DNA of 64,000 bases from Acidobacteriota bacterium (GTDB lineage: Bacteria; Acidobacteriota; UBA6911; RPQK01; JACQSY01), in NCBI GenBank assembly GCA_016211085.1, contig JACQSY010000043.1:22845-86844 (forward strand), given 5' to 3'. The notes under the pieces were generated by a model, which worked only from the letters and a program-made list of their open reading frames with translations, did not search any database and was not told the DNA's origin. Below, piece after piece: positions 1 to 9,741 of the stretch. Each line of letters opens with the position of its first letter. Position 1 is the stretch's first letter. Both the position numbers and the translations under genes were made by a program.

Positions 1-1
1 A

Positions 2-199
2 ATGCCGACTCAGATCGAAAGCATTTTTATTGAATCGAACGAGCCCACCGGACCCTTCGGAGCCAAAAGCCTGGCTGAGCCGTGTGTGATTGTCCCTGCT
101 CCAGCCATTGCGAACGCTATTTATAACGCAACCGGGGCCCGAGTCAGGCAACTCCCCATCACGCCTGAAAGGGTGCTCGCTGCGCTCGGCAAGCTGTAA
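2..199 (+). CDS. C-terminal fragment of molybdopterin-binding large subunit of xanthine dehydrogenase/CO-dehydrogenase (CoxL) family; 5' end lies outside window
   Basis: Translation ...AKSLAEPCVIVPAPAIANAIYNATGARVRQLPITPERV matches the conserved C-terminus of the CoxL/XdhB family; followed by coxE/coxD-like accessory genes. Confidence 0.55.
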   Translation: MPTQIESIFIESNEPTGPFGAKSLAEPCVIVPAPAIANAIYNATGARVRQLPITPERVLAALGKL

Positions 200-207
200 G
201 TCTGAAT

Positions 208-1359
208 ATGGTGTCGCGCTCAGGCGGCCACCGGGCAGCGCTGGACGGCGAATCTCACTTCCATCGCAATCTTGTGAGATTCGCAGCGCTGCTGCGAAGG
301 CTGGGCCTGGGCGTGACCACCTCCCAAATCCTTACACTGACTGATGCCCTGTGGCACATCGATCCCTTTGAGCGCGCCGACTTTAAAAACACTGCCTGCA
401 TCGCACTGATCAGCCGCGTCGAAGATATTCCCCTCTTTAACCGTGCCTTCGATGCTTTCTGGCGCCTGTCCGCTTCACCTCTGAAGAGTACACCGCCGGA
501 GGTGCCGAGACCCTCAGCAGAGTCCCCCCTGGTCTCCTCGGCTCACAACACTACCGGCCTGGGAGATCTGTCGGAAAATCTGAGTACGAGGCGCTCGCTC
601 TATAGCCCGGAAGAAGCACTTTTCGATCGTGATTTTGCCGAATTGACTGAGGAGGAGCGCCAGGCATTGCTGCGTCTGCTTGAGAGGAGCCTGTGGTTTC
701 CTCCCGACTTGCCGAGCCGCCGATTCAGACCCACTGGCCATCGCGGCCGGATCGATTTGCGCCGCACCCTAAGAAAGAGCTTGCAATATGGATCGGAGGC
801 GTTTTGGTTGCGGCGCAGGAGCCGAAAGCTGAAGCAGCGCCAGTTGGTTTTTTTCTGTGATGTCAGTGGATCGATGGAGCCCTACTCCAGGATGCTTCTT
901 CAATTCATGCGCGCCGCTTCGGTGCGGCTGCGTAACTGTGAGATCTTTGCCTTCAGCACGCAACTCAGCCACTTGACGCGAAGACTTCGCAGCGGTTCTG
1001 TTGAAGAGGCTCTCAGGAATACGGCCCGTGCGCTGCCGGATTGGGGAGGAGGAACGCGAACCGGACGCGCGCTACGCACGTTTAACGCCTCCTGGGGCCG
1101 CGCGGTCTCCAGCGGCGCCGTAGCCATTTTAATCAGCGACGGTTGGGATTGCGGAGATATAGAACTGCTGAAAAGAGAGATGCAACACCTGTGCCTGCGA
1201 GTATCGCGGATTGTCTGGTTGAATCCGCTCCTGGGCTCCACGGATTACGAACCGCTCACGCGCGGAATGCAGGCGGCGCTGCCTTTCGTTGACGATTTCC
1301 TGCCCATTCACAATTTTCGATCGCTGCTGCAACTAAAAAGATTGTTGGAAAATCTTTAA
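208..1359 (+). CDS. VWA-domain CoxE-like accessory protein
   Basis: 383 aa; contains FFCDVSGSM (VWA MIDAS DxSxS motif); immediately follows CoxL-like gene end. Confidence 0.65.
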   Translation: MVSRSGGHRAALDGESHFHRNLVRFAALLRRLGLGVTTSQILTLTDALWHIDPFERADFKNTACIALISRVEDIPLFNRAFDAFWRLSASPLKSTPPEVPRPSAESPLVSSAHNTTGLGDLSENLSTRRSLYSPEEALFDRDFAELTEEERQALLRLLERSLWFPPDLPSRRFRPTGHRGRIDLRRTLRKSLQYGSEAFWLRRRSRKLKQRQLVFFCDVSGSMEPYSRMLLQFMRAASVRLRNCEIFAFSTQLSHLTRRLRSGSVEEALRNTARALPDWGGGTRTGRALRTFNASWGRAVSSGAVAILISDGWDCGDIELLKREMQHLCLRVSRIVWLNPLLGSTDYEPLTRGMQAALPFVDDFLPIHNFRSLLQLKRLLENL

Positions 1360-1410
1360 GACCCAGAATTTCGCAAAGAGTGGGCCGGCCGGCGCACTGC
1401 GAGGAGCCCA

Positions 1411-2304
1411 TTACTTTGCTTGAGCACTGGACAGAGCCCCCCACAGCGTCTTTAGCCTTTGTCCGCGGGTTGCCTCCAGATCTTCACGGTATTTCAAAAG
1501 GGCACCCAGGGTACTCTCGATGTGGACTTCATCAAGTGTTTGGCGATCGAGGACCATCAAGGCGTTGACCCAGTCAATGGTTTCTGCAAGGCCCGGTCGT
1601 TTGTAAAGATCTTCCTTGCGAAGCGCTTGAACGAATTCAACCGCCTGCCGGGCTAGAGCGTGGGGCAGGTCAGGAACACGTGCCATCAAAACCTGGTATT
1701 CCTTCTCAAAATCGGGGTAATTAATCCAGTGATAGAAGCAGCGTCGTTTCAACGCGTCATGAATTTCCCTGGTGCGATTCGAGGTCAAAATTACGTGAGG
1801 CGGGTGCTCCGCTCTCAACGTTCCAATCTCTGGAATGGTGATTTGAAAATCAGAAAGGAACTCCAACAGAAAAGCCTCAAACTCCTGGTCGGCCCGATCG
1901 AGTTCGTCAATTAGCAGAACCGGAGGAGATTGCGAACCCGGCTCGATCGCAAGCAGCAGCGGACGCTTCAACAAGAAATCAGGTCCGAACAGGTCTGACT
2001 CCTTGGCTTGTTCACCCGATTCCAGAAAGCGAATGTGCAAGAGTTGGCGCGTATAGTTCCATTCGTAGACGGCCGTGTTTATGTCCAGCCCTTCATAGCA
2101 CTGGAGGCGGATCAGCTTTCGGCCCAGTAATTCGGCCAGCACCCGGGCCACTTCGGTTTTTCCGACACCGGCCTCGCCTTCGAGGAACAAGGGTTTCTGC
2201 ATCCGCAGCGATAGGAAAATGGCTGTGGTTAAAGCGCGGTCGGCGACATATTTCCGGTCAAGAAGTGCCGCCTGAAGAGTGTCTATTGTTTCCAATTGCT
2301 TCAT
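1411..2304 (-). CDS. MoxR-family AAA+ ATPase (CoxD-like)
   Basis: Walker A GEAGVGKT and the MoxR-typical region LIRLQCYEGLD...LLIDELDRA; start chosen at internal MKQLETID (upstream extension of ORF lacks homology). Confidence 0.8.
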   Translation of the reverse strand: MKQLETIDTLQAALLDRKYVADRALTTAIFLSLRMQKPLFLEGEAGVGKTEVARVLAELLGRKLIRLQCYEGLDINTAVYEWNYTRQLLHIRFLESGEQAKESDLFGPDFLLKRPLLLAIEPGSQSPPVLLIDELDRADQEFEAFLLEFLSDFQITIPEIGTLRAEHPPHVILTSNRTREIHDALKRRCFYHWINYPDFEKEYQVLMARVPDLPHALARQAVEFVQALRKEDLYKRPGLAETIDWVNALMVLDRQTLDEVHIESTLGALLKYREDLEATRGQRLKTLWGALSSAQAK

Positions 2305-2523
2305 TGCCGAAAATCCGTGATTTAAGCGAGGGCATTCATGCACGAAGCATGCCCTAAATCCCTTTGGAGAGTGGTAATTGACTTCATCAACTATTTGGAA
2401 AGCAGCAACCCCAAGATTACATCGACTGCGCATCGACCGTAAGCCGGTATCTGTTCTGGAGAAAGCACGGTTTAGAAGTATGGCGTATGTTTTGCTGCAA
2501 ACTCGGGTCTGAAAGGAGTCGTT

Positions 2524-3441
2524 ATGAGGCGCATTAATCTTTGGGTTTTTTTAGTCTGGTTTGTAGCCGGTGCGCAAGCATTTGCGCAAATGGGTCCCCC
2601 GGGCTTTGGGCAGGGCCGGCTGCAGGGTTACCAGCAACATGAGCTGGATCACAATTTGATTGTTCCTCAGTTGGCGGTGGGCGATCATTATCAAACTTCC
2701 CTGGTTATTTTAAATCTCGGCAACATGGTTCGCATGGCTAACGTAAGCGCGCAAGCGCAATCGCTGGATGCGGCTGCCGTGGTGTACTTTTTCCAGCAGG
2801 ACGGCACACCCTTGCTGCTGAGCGTTAATGGGGCCCCCGCTGCCTCGGAGTGGGCCTTCACCCTGTCCGCGGGTGAGATGGGCGTTTTTGAACTTTCGAA
2901 AAGTGGAGCCGATGTACCTGGATGGGCTTTGATAGAGGTCGAGGAGTCTATAAGCGGACGAGAGTCGTGGGGAATGATGGATGGGCACGAGATTGTTGGG
3001 GGAGATCGCCTTTCTGCAACCGTCTTCTATACGCTTCGCGAGCGGGGACAGATCCGCTCGCGCGTCGCTGTGCTCCCCAGCCTCTACGAAATGGGCCGAT
3101 TTTTTAATTCAGTAGTGCCGGTGCAGTTTGGAGCCGAGTTGAACACGGGCGTAGCCATTGTGAATTCAAGCAGCCGTGCCGTAAGCCTGCGTCTGAATCT
3201 GCGCAATCAAAAAGGCCAGCTCATCGTGTCACGGTTGCTGGAGTTGGAGGCTGGACACCAAACGGCTCGGTTCATCGATGAGCTTTTCCGAGGGTGGGTT
3301 CCGTTCGGATTTCACGGCTTTCTTGAGGTAGTCTCTCCTGCAGAGGGGGTGGTCACACTGGGGCTTCTGATGTCTGAAGGTGTGCTGACTTCGGTGCCCA
3401 CTCACCATCACGGGATCTGGAACGGTTCGTCCCAGCAATAG
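2524..3441 (+). CDS. secreted hypothetical protein (signal peptide, two beta-rich repeats)
   Basis: N-terminal signal MRRINLWVFLVWFVAGAQAFAQ; no recognisable catalytic motif. Confidence 0.45.
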   Translation: MRRINLWVFLVWFVAGAQAFAQMGPPGFGQGRLQGYQQHELDHNLIVPQLAVGDHYQTSLVILNLGNMVRMANVSAQAQSLDAAAVVYFFQQDGTPLLLSVNGAPAASEWAFTLSAGEMGVFELSKSGADVPGWALIEVEESISGRESWGMMDGHEIVGGDRLSATVFYTLRERGQIRSRVAVLPSLYEMGRFFNSVVPVQFGAELNTGVAIVNSSSRAVSLRLNLRNQKGQLIVSRLLELEAGHQTARFIDELFRGWVPFGFHGFLEVVSPAEGVVTLGLLMSEGVLTSVPTHHHGIWNGSSQQ

Positions 3442-3510
3442 CCCAATGGATAGAGAACTTCGAGTCAAGCTCGGGGTCCCGAGGGCTGGGCCAAATGGCT
3501 CCCATCAGAG

Positions 3511-4668
3511 GTGATTTTCACCCAGAGTAGTTACAATCAGCAAACAAGGAAGCTGGGGGCTTCTCTCCTGGCCACAACAAAGATGACGGTTGGGGCTTTT
3601 CCCAAATTTCGGTCGCGACTGTTCGTGTTCCTGGGGGGAGTCTCTCTCGTTGCAGGTATTTACTCTGGACTTGCCCGTATCGGCTGGTACGTGCCGTTGC
3701 GGTCGGAGTTGATGGAGACCGTCCACGGACCGCTCATGCTAAGCGGCTTCCTGGGGACCGTGATCAGCCTGGAACGCGCGGTGGCATTGAGGCACGTTAC
3801 AGCCTTCCTCATACCAGCCATGTCGGGAACAGGAGCGTTTTTGCTCTTATTTGAGCCTCTTTATTCGGTGGGTCAACTGCTGCTCCTCGGAGCTTCTTTA
3901 GGTCTGGTGGTCTTGTTTTTGTATTTGGTGAGGTCTCATGGCGGGTTTCATGTGGGGGTCATGGCTGTGGGAGCCGTTTTGTGGCTGGTGGGCAATTATT
4001 TGTGGAGGGAGGGCAACCTGCTTTACCAGTGTGTTCCATGGTGGGCAGGATTCTTGCTGTTGACGATTGCGGGAGAGCGTCTGGAGCTCTCGCGTTTACT
4101 GTCTCTCCCGCCCACGACTCGCAAAGTCTTTCTGGGCAGCGTACTCTTGTTTTTGGCCGGGCTGGCGAGTAGCCGATTTTTCTTCGCCGAGGGCCTCCGT
4201 GCTAGTGGAGCAGCCATGTTGCTCGTGGCGTTTTGGCTGCTTCGTCATGATATGGCGCGCTTGAATTTACGGCAGCAAGGCCTTCCCCGTTTCATGGGCC
4301 GGACGCTGATGGGGGGCTATGCCTGGCTGGCAGTTTCGGGAGTGTTGTGGTTGTTTTTTGCCGCCCGCTTTGATACTGGGCCCTTCTATGATGCCATGAT
4401 CCATACTTTCTTTCTGGGTTTTGTGTTTTCAATGATTTTCGCCCACGCTCCCATCATCCTTCCTCCGGTGCTCGGCTTCAGGATGGCTTTTGCCCCCTCC
4501 TTCTATGTTCATGTGGGTCTTTTGCACGCGTCGCTGCTACTGAGATCCGGAGGCGTCCTGCTGGCGTCGCAGGAGGCTCAACAATGGGGAGCGCTTTTCA
4601 ACGCTTTCTCGATACTCGTCTTCGTCCTGGTGAGCGTTCGGGCCGTCAGTTCTGCCACACCCCGGTAA
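3511..4668 (+). CDS. polytopic integral membrane protein (about 9-10 TM), unknown function
   Basis: 385 aa, alternating hydrophobic helices throughout; true start may be internal Met (MTVGAF..., nt 3580). Confidence 0.45.
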   Translation: MIFTQSSYNQQTRKLGASLLATTKMTVGAFPKFRSRLFVFLGGVSLVAGIYSGLARIGWYVPLRSELMETVHGPLMLSGFLGTVISLERAVALRHVTAFLIPAMSGTGAFLLLFEPLYSVGQLLLLGASLGLVVLFLYLVRSHGGFHVGVMAVGAVLWLVGNYLWREGNLLYQCVPWWAGFLLLTIAGERLELSRLLSLPPTTRKVFLGSVLLFLAGLASSRFFFAEGLRASGAAMLLVAFWLLRHDMARLNLRQQGLPRFMGRTLMGGYAWLAVSGVLWLFFAARFDTGPFYDAMIHTFFLGFVFSMIFAHAPIILPPVLGFRMAFAPSFYVHVGLLHASLLLRSGGVLLASQEAQQWGALFNAFSILVFVLVSVRAVSSATPR

Positions 4669-4914
4669 AAACCAGCGGCACAGATTTTGCTTCCAGGTGG
4701 GGGCGGCCGTGATCGGCCGCGAGGGGATGTTTCCTCTTGGAAACCACACTTTTAAAGAGGCGGGGCCTGACAGGGAAAAGAGCCCATTCCACTGATGTGA
4801 CGTCAAAACCTTGCAAGCTTTGACTATTCGGTTGGGCTCGGCTCATTCTCACTTCGTTTAAACGGGTGTTGGCCACAGACAGGAACGCCTGATTGCATGC
4901 AGGAGTGAACAGAT

Positions 4915-5691
4915 ATGGCAATCTTAAAGCAGACACCGCACTTTCGAATTGACGCCGAAGCGGAAGGGGTGGTGTCGATTGTCCTCGACCGTCCTCCCTG
5001 GAATATTCTGGATACCGAAACACTGTCGGAGCTCTCAGGTCTTCTGGATTCAGAAGTCTTCCAGAAGGCGCGAACCGTGCTCCTGCGTGGGGAAGGTAGA
5101 GGCTTTTGTGCAGGCGCCGCCGTCGAAGACCATCTTCCCATCAAAGCGCAATCAATGCTGGAGAGCTTCTGTTCTGTTCTGGAAAAACTGCGCGAGATTC
5201 CTGTTCCGACGATTGCGGTGGTGCACGGAGCGGCGCTCGGTGGAGGACTGGAATTGGCGTGTGCTGCCGATCTGCTGTTTGCAGCCGAAGAAGCGCGTCT
5301 GGGCCAGCCGGAGATCCGTCTGGGAGCCATTGCTCCAGCGGCACTGCTGTTCCTTCCGGAGCGATTGGGCTACCACCGCGCCGCCGATTTGCTGCTCTCA
5401 GGCCGGGAGGTAAACGGCCTGGAGGCGAGGACCATAGGTCTTGCTGATTACGTTTATCCTGGATCGGCGCTCCTCGAGGAAGCCGTGCGCTATGCGGATC
5501 GATTGGCTTCTTTAAGCGGGCCCGTACTGCGCGCCTGCAAGGAAGCGTTGCGCCGCAACACTCTCTGTTTGCCGACCCAGCTCAAGTCAATTGAAGAATT
5601 TTATATGAGACGCATTGTCCCGCTGGAGGACTACACGGAAGGGCTGAATTCGTTTCTGGAAAAACGAAAGCCCGTCTGGAAGCACCAATAA
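4915..5691 (+). CDS. enoyl-CoA hydratase/isomerase (crotonase) family protein
   Basis: Crotonase fold hallmarks GFCAGAAV ... oxyanion-hole region; 258 aa typical length. Confidence 0.8.
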   Translation: MAILKQTPHFRIDAEAEGVVSIVLDRPPWNILDTETLSELSGLLDSEVFQKARTVLLRGEGRGFCAGAAVEDHLPIKAQSMLESFCSVLEKLREIPVPTIAVVHGAALGGGLELACAADLLFAAEEARLGQPEIRLGAIAPAALLFLPERLGYHRAADLLLSGREVNGLEARTIGLADYVYPGSALLEEAVRYADRLASLSGPVLRACKEALRRNTLCLPTQLKSIEEFYMRRIVPLEDYTEGLNSFLEKRKPVWKHQ

Positions 5692-5711
5692 CCAGCGACA
5701 GGAGAAAACGC

Positions 5712-6734
5712 ATGAAAGCAGCCGTACTGACGACGCCGCCTCCCACACTCAGCATTGCAGACATGCCCACGCCCGTTCCCAAGGGCGGCGAGATCCTCGT
5801 CAAGGTCGCAGCATGTGGAATCTGCCATACCGATTTGCATTACCTGGATCATGGTGTTCCCACTTTTCAACAGCCTCCCCTGATTCTTGGACATGAACCG
5901 GCTGGAGTTGTCGTGGAGTGTGCTCCCGATGTCCGAGGTTGGAAGGAAGGCGATCGGGTGTTGATTCCCGCTATTTTCAGCTGCGGTCATTGTTATTACT
6001 GTCGCCGTGGGCGCGAGAATCTTTGCCAAAATCTGGAGATGCTGGGGAATCACCGCCATGGCGGATTCGCGGAGTTTGTATCGGTACCGGCTCGCGACTG
6101 TGTCCCTCTCCCCGAAGAGATATCCATGGAGGGCGGCTGCCTGATTGCGGACGCACTGACTACCGCTTTTCATGCCGTTGACCGTAGTGGCATCGGCCCT
6201 GGCGATACTGCAGTAGTCATTGGCTGCGGCGGTATGGGTGTCAATCTGGTGCAGTGCGCCACGCTGGCCGGCGCCAAAGTGATCGCTGTCGATCGCGTGG
6301 CAGCAAAACTTGAGCGGGCACGCAGCCTGGGGGCCGAAGAGCTGGTCGATGCTTCGCAAATAGGCGCCCCCCTCTCAAAGGTGTTGCGCCAGCTGTCGCA
6401 CGGAGGAGCCGACGTTGTTTTCGAGGCTATTGGCTTGACCGAGACAGTTCAGCAAGGTTTGGGGGCCCTTCGCAAAGGCGGCACCTTGATGGCTGTGGGT
6501 TACTGCTCTAAAGATGTGGCGCTCCCTGTTTCCCGCGTCATGTTTTACGAGCTGGAAATCCGTGGCAGCCTCGGTTGTCCGCCGGCAAAGTATCCAACCG
6601 TGGTGGAGTTGGTCCGTCGCAAGAAGCTGGATGTGGACTGTCTGGTTTCAGGGGTGCTGCCGCTTTCGGAAATCAGCCAGGGCCTCGACAGGCTTCGAAT
6701 CGGCGAGGGATTCCGATGGGTGATCAGCCCTTAG
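5712..6734 (+). CDS. zinc-dependent alcohol dehydrogenase (MDR family)
   Basis: GICHTDLH catalytic Zn motif, GHEPAGVV, structural-Zn Cys cluster CGHCYYC, Rossmann GCGGMG. Confidence 0.85.
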   Translation: MKAAVLTTPPPTLSIADMPTPVPKGGEILVKVAACGICHTDLHYLDHGVPTFQQPPLILGHEPAGVVVECAPDVRGWKEGDRVLIPAIFSCGHCYYCRRGRENLCQNLEMLGNHRHGGFAEFVSVPARDCVPLPEEISMEGGCLIADALTTAFHAVDRSGIGPGDTAVVIGCGGMGVNLVQCATLAGAKVIAVDRVAAKLERARSLGAEELVDASQIGAPLSKVLRQLSHGGADVVFEAIGLTETVQQGLGALRKGGTLMAVGYCSKDVALPVSRVMFYELEIRGSLGCPPAKYPTVVELVRRKKLDVDCLVSGVLPLSEISQGLDRLRIGEGFRWVISP

Positions 6735-6834
6735 CACCCAATTCATCAATACGGTAACGTTTGTTGCGAGCGCGATGGCGGCCAGATCGAGGCGCGACGA
6801 GAAACGAGGGCCCGCCGGCATGCAGGTCAAATAG

Positions 6835-7152
6835 TTATAACTGCTTCAGCTCATCATCGATCCAGGAGAGCGCGGCGATCGCTCCGGACCACCCGATGGT
6901 GGTGATTGCCAGCAGTGCCACGTGGTAAATCTCTTCGGGGCTCACACCGCTTTTCCGACACTTGCGCGCATGAGAGTGTACTGCTCCCTGGCGCCCAGCC
7001 CCCACTGCGATGCCCAGCTTTACCAGACGCTGTGATCTCTCGTCCAAACCTTTGGCTGCTCCTACTGCTTCGCTGAGTGCGCCGTAACGCTCCCAAACCT
7101 GCGGGTAGCGTTCAATAACTTTCTTTAGAAACTCCGGCAATTCTTCTTTCAT
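6835..7152 (-). CDS. carboxymuconolactone decarboxylase / AhpD-like family protein
   Basis: 105 aa; AhpD-core like segment with conserved Cys/His (HSHARKCRKSG...); size typical of CMD family. Confidence 0.6.
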   Translation of the reverse strand: MKEELPEFLKKVIERYPQVWERYGALSEAVGAAKGLDERSQRLVKLGIAVGAGRQGAVHSHARKCRKSGVSPEEIYHVALLAITTIGWSGAIAALSWIDDELKQL

Positions 7153-7266
7153 CTACTCCTCTCCTTCAGCCACTTGAAATGGATAACCCAACCAAAATGC
7201 ACGTATGCTACATGAAGTAAGGTCCCAAAGAAAACCATGGATGGGAATTCAGAGCCAAGCTTCGGA

Positions 7267-8697
7267 TCAAGAACCGTTGGCCCGATTCAACACGGTTTCT
7301 TCTTTGATCTTGAAGCCGGTGGCGGACTCAAGCAGCCGCTGCGTCGTTTCTTCTGCGCGCCGCACGCAGTCAGGAACGCCGACTCCCCCATAGTAAGCGC
7401 CGGCCAGAAAAAGACCGGGATGGCCCAAAAGAATTTGATTGATGTGATCGATTCTCCGGCGATGTCCGACGCTCATCTGGGGCATTGCTTTGCGGGCATT
7501 GTAAATTCTCCAGAAAATAGGCTGGCAGCTCAAACTCAGAATGCGGCTGATCTCGGCATGGACTTTTTCAACAACGCTCTCGTCTTTTTCAAAGGTACGC
7601 TTCCTTCTTCCGTCGTGCAGCGCACAGCGAAGCAGGACTCTGTCGGGGGGACATCGATGTTCAAATTTGCTGCTCACCCACGTACAGGCGTCCAGCACTT
7701 GAGACTCTTGTTCGGGAAAAACAAAACCGGAACCCTGCAGGGAATGCGAAAATTCTGATTTGCGGTAGGCCAGGTATACGATTCTTGTCGAACTGTAATG
7801 GATTCCTTTCAGGAGCGACGATAGTTCAGAAGAGAGTGGCTCCACCATGTCCGCTGCTGCGGGCGCCGGAGTGGCAAGGATTAGAAAATCGAAACGTCCT
7901 TCAAAATTCGATCCTCTGACCCGGTAACCCCTTTCATCCGTTCTGATGGTTAGATCGCCCACTGCCCGGTAAATCGCAGCCTCCAGGGCCGAGGCGAGTT
8001 GCTCAGTCAAGGTACTCATTCCACGGCGGAAAGTAAGAAACGGTGAGCTTCTTCCGGGTTGTGCTGAAGCCAGTGATCGCAACCCTTTGAAAAAATTACC
8101 GTACTTTTGTTCGAGTTGATACAGCTCCGGTAGGCAACTAGGTGCGCTCAGTTCATTGACATTGCCGCCATAAATTGCGGAGACCAGCGGCTCGGCCACC
8201 TTGGAGTAAAGTTCCCCTCCCAGACGCCTTTTTAGAAAAGCTCCGACGCTTGGCTCTCCCTTGCAGGCGGGTATCAAAGGTTCCACCATGGCCCGCAATT
8301 TACCCCGCGCACTGATCAGACTCGTGCTGCAAAAGCTGGAGAATCTTACGGGGGCCAGAAATACCATACCTGGAGGAAGCGCCTCGAGCTTCCCTGACTG
8401 GACGACGAAGACCTGTCGCCCTTCCGGGCGGGTCTCAATAATCTCTTCAGTAAGGCCCAGCTCCTCAGCCAGTCGAAGTGCGGCGGTTTTGGAAGAAATG
8501 AAGCATTCCGGGCCTGCTTCAAGGAGCAACCCCTGAACGCTTTCACTGCGAATCACTCCGCCCAGATCGGGAGATTTTTCGAGCAGCGTGATCTGTAGAT
8601 CGAGATTGTGGTGTCGGCTCTCCTTTTGAAGAAAATAAGCGCCGGCCAATCCGGAAATGCCGGCTCCAACGATTCCGACACGTATTGCTTGAGTCAA
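7267..8697 (-). CDS. hemY: protoporphyrinogen/coproporphyrinogen oxidase, FAD-dependent (HemY/CgoX type)
   Basis: N-terminal dinucleotide fold VGIVGAGISGLAGAY, 476 aa, overall HemY-like profile. Confidence 0.7.
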   Translation of the reverse strand: MTQAIRVGIVGAGISGLAGAYFLQKESRHHNLDLQITLLEKSPDLGGVIRSESVQGLLLEAGPECFISSKTAALRLAEELGLTEEIIETRPEGRQVFVVQSGKLEALPPGMVFLAPVRFSSFCSTSLISARGKLRAMVEPLIPACKGEPSVGAFLKRRLGGELYSKVAEPLVSAIYGGNVNELSAPSCLPELYQLEQKYGNFFKGLRSLASAQPGRSSPFLTFRRGMSTLTEQLASALEAAIYRAVGDLTIRTDERGYRVRGSNFEGRFDFLILATPAPAAADMVEPLSSELSSLLKGIHYSSTRIVYLAYRKSEFSHSLQGSGFVFPEQESQVLDACTWVSSKFEHRCPPDRVLLRCALHDGRRKRTFEKDESVVEKVHAEISRILSLSCQPIFWRIYNARKAMPQMSVGHRRRIDHINQILLGHPGLFLAGAYYGGVGVPDCVRRAEETTQRLLESATGFKIKEETVLNRANGS

Positions 8698-8928
8698 TTA
8701 AAGTCTCCGCTTTCTCAAATTCTTGAGGACCCTAGTATAACTGATCCCATGGCGCGCCCCGCGGATGCTCATCATTGTCACCGGTCGTGGGCGCCCGCTG
8801 AAGTACCCATCTCCTTGCTCCTCACCGCATTTGAAACGCGTGGCTGGGCTCTCATAAGTTTCGAACACGTTCTCCAGACTGGGCTTCGGTGTTGCTGAAC
8901 ATGAGCCAGGATGAATGCGGCGACAACT

Positions 8929-9669
8929 CTAAATCAATCCTGCCCGCTCCGCGCGGCGAATAGCTTCCAGGCGTGTGTGTGCATCTAATTTCTGCAGCAG
9001 ATGCTGCACGTGGTTGTTGACGGTGGTACGGCTAATATGAAGTTCTTGGGCGATTGACGCCGTTGACGCCCCTCGAGCCAGCCAGCATAAGACTTCCCGT
9101 TCACGGGGCGTGAGTTCCACGTGACGGGCTGCAGCCCGGCGAGAATGGATCAGTGCCCGTACCTGCTCCCCGGAAAGATCGGTCTGGGAAATAAGGAAAT
9201 CGCGAACTAACAGTTCCAAACGTTTTGGAAAGTCGACAGAATGAATGATGTGGATCGAGTACGGTGGCCTGGAATTCCCTGCCTTGACAAGCAGGACTGA
9301 AATGTTGCACCAGATCTTTCTCGCCCGAGTGTTTACCTGGATGTCGGAGTTGGCAACCGGCCGCTTATTGTGAACTTCCCGGCGAATAACACAGTCGGCT
9401 GAGCATATTGGTCCGCTCTCATCTGTTCCCCCCACCAGCTCCCAACAGGGTTGGCCTATAGCCTCTGAAGCTGCGATGCCGAAAAAAATCTCGGCCGCCT
9501 GATTCCAGGCCACAATCAACCCAGAAACATCGATAGCGAACGCGGGGTCAGCGGTGCTTTCGATGAGTTCGCGAATTTCTTCAAGGTGCATCTCGAACCC
9601 ATCACAGAAATGATGTTGATTGATTATTGCCTTCACAGCCGGAAAGCGCAAGTCTGAAATCAGATTCAC
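8929..9669 (-). CDS. PAS-domain LuxR-family transcriptional regulator
   Basis: C-terminal LuxR HTH (LTPREREVLCWLARGASTASIAQELHISRTTVNNHVQHLLQKL); N-terminal PAS-like fold; divergent from molybdoenzyme operon. Confidence 0.7.
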   Translation of the reverse strand: MNLISDLRFPAVKAIINQHHFCDGFEMHLEEIRELIESTADPAFAIDVSGLIVAWNQAAEIFFGIAASEAIGQPCWELVGGTDESGPICSADCVIRREVHNKRPVANSDIQVNTRARKIWCNISVLLVKAGNSRPPYSIHIIHSVDFPKRLELLVRDFLISQTDLSGEQVRALIHSRRAAARHVELTPREREVLCWLARGASTASIAQELHISRTTVNNHVQHLLQKLDAHTRLEAIRRAERAGLI

Positions 9670-9741
9670 AAGTCCGATTTCAAAAAACCTTGAGGGGGCG
9701 CATCAGCGTGTACATTTGACGATTGAGCCTGTGGAGAAGCC

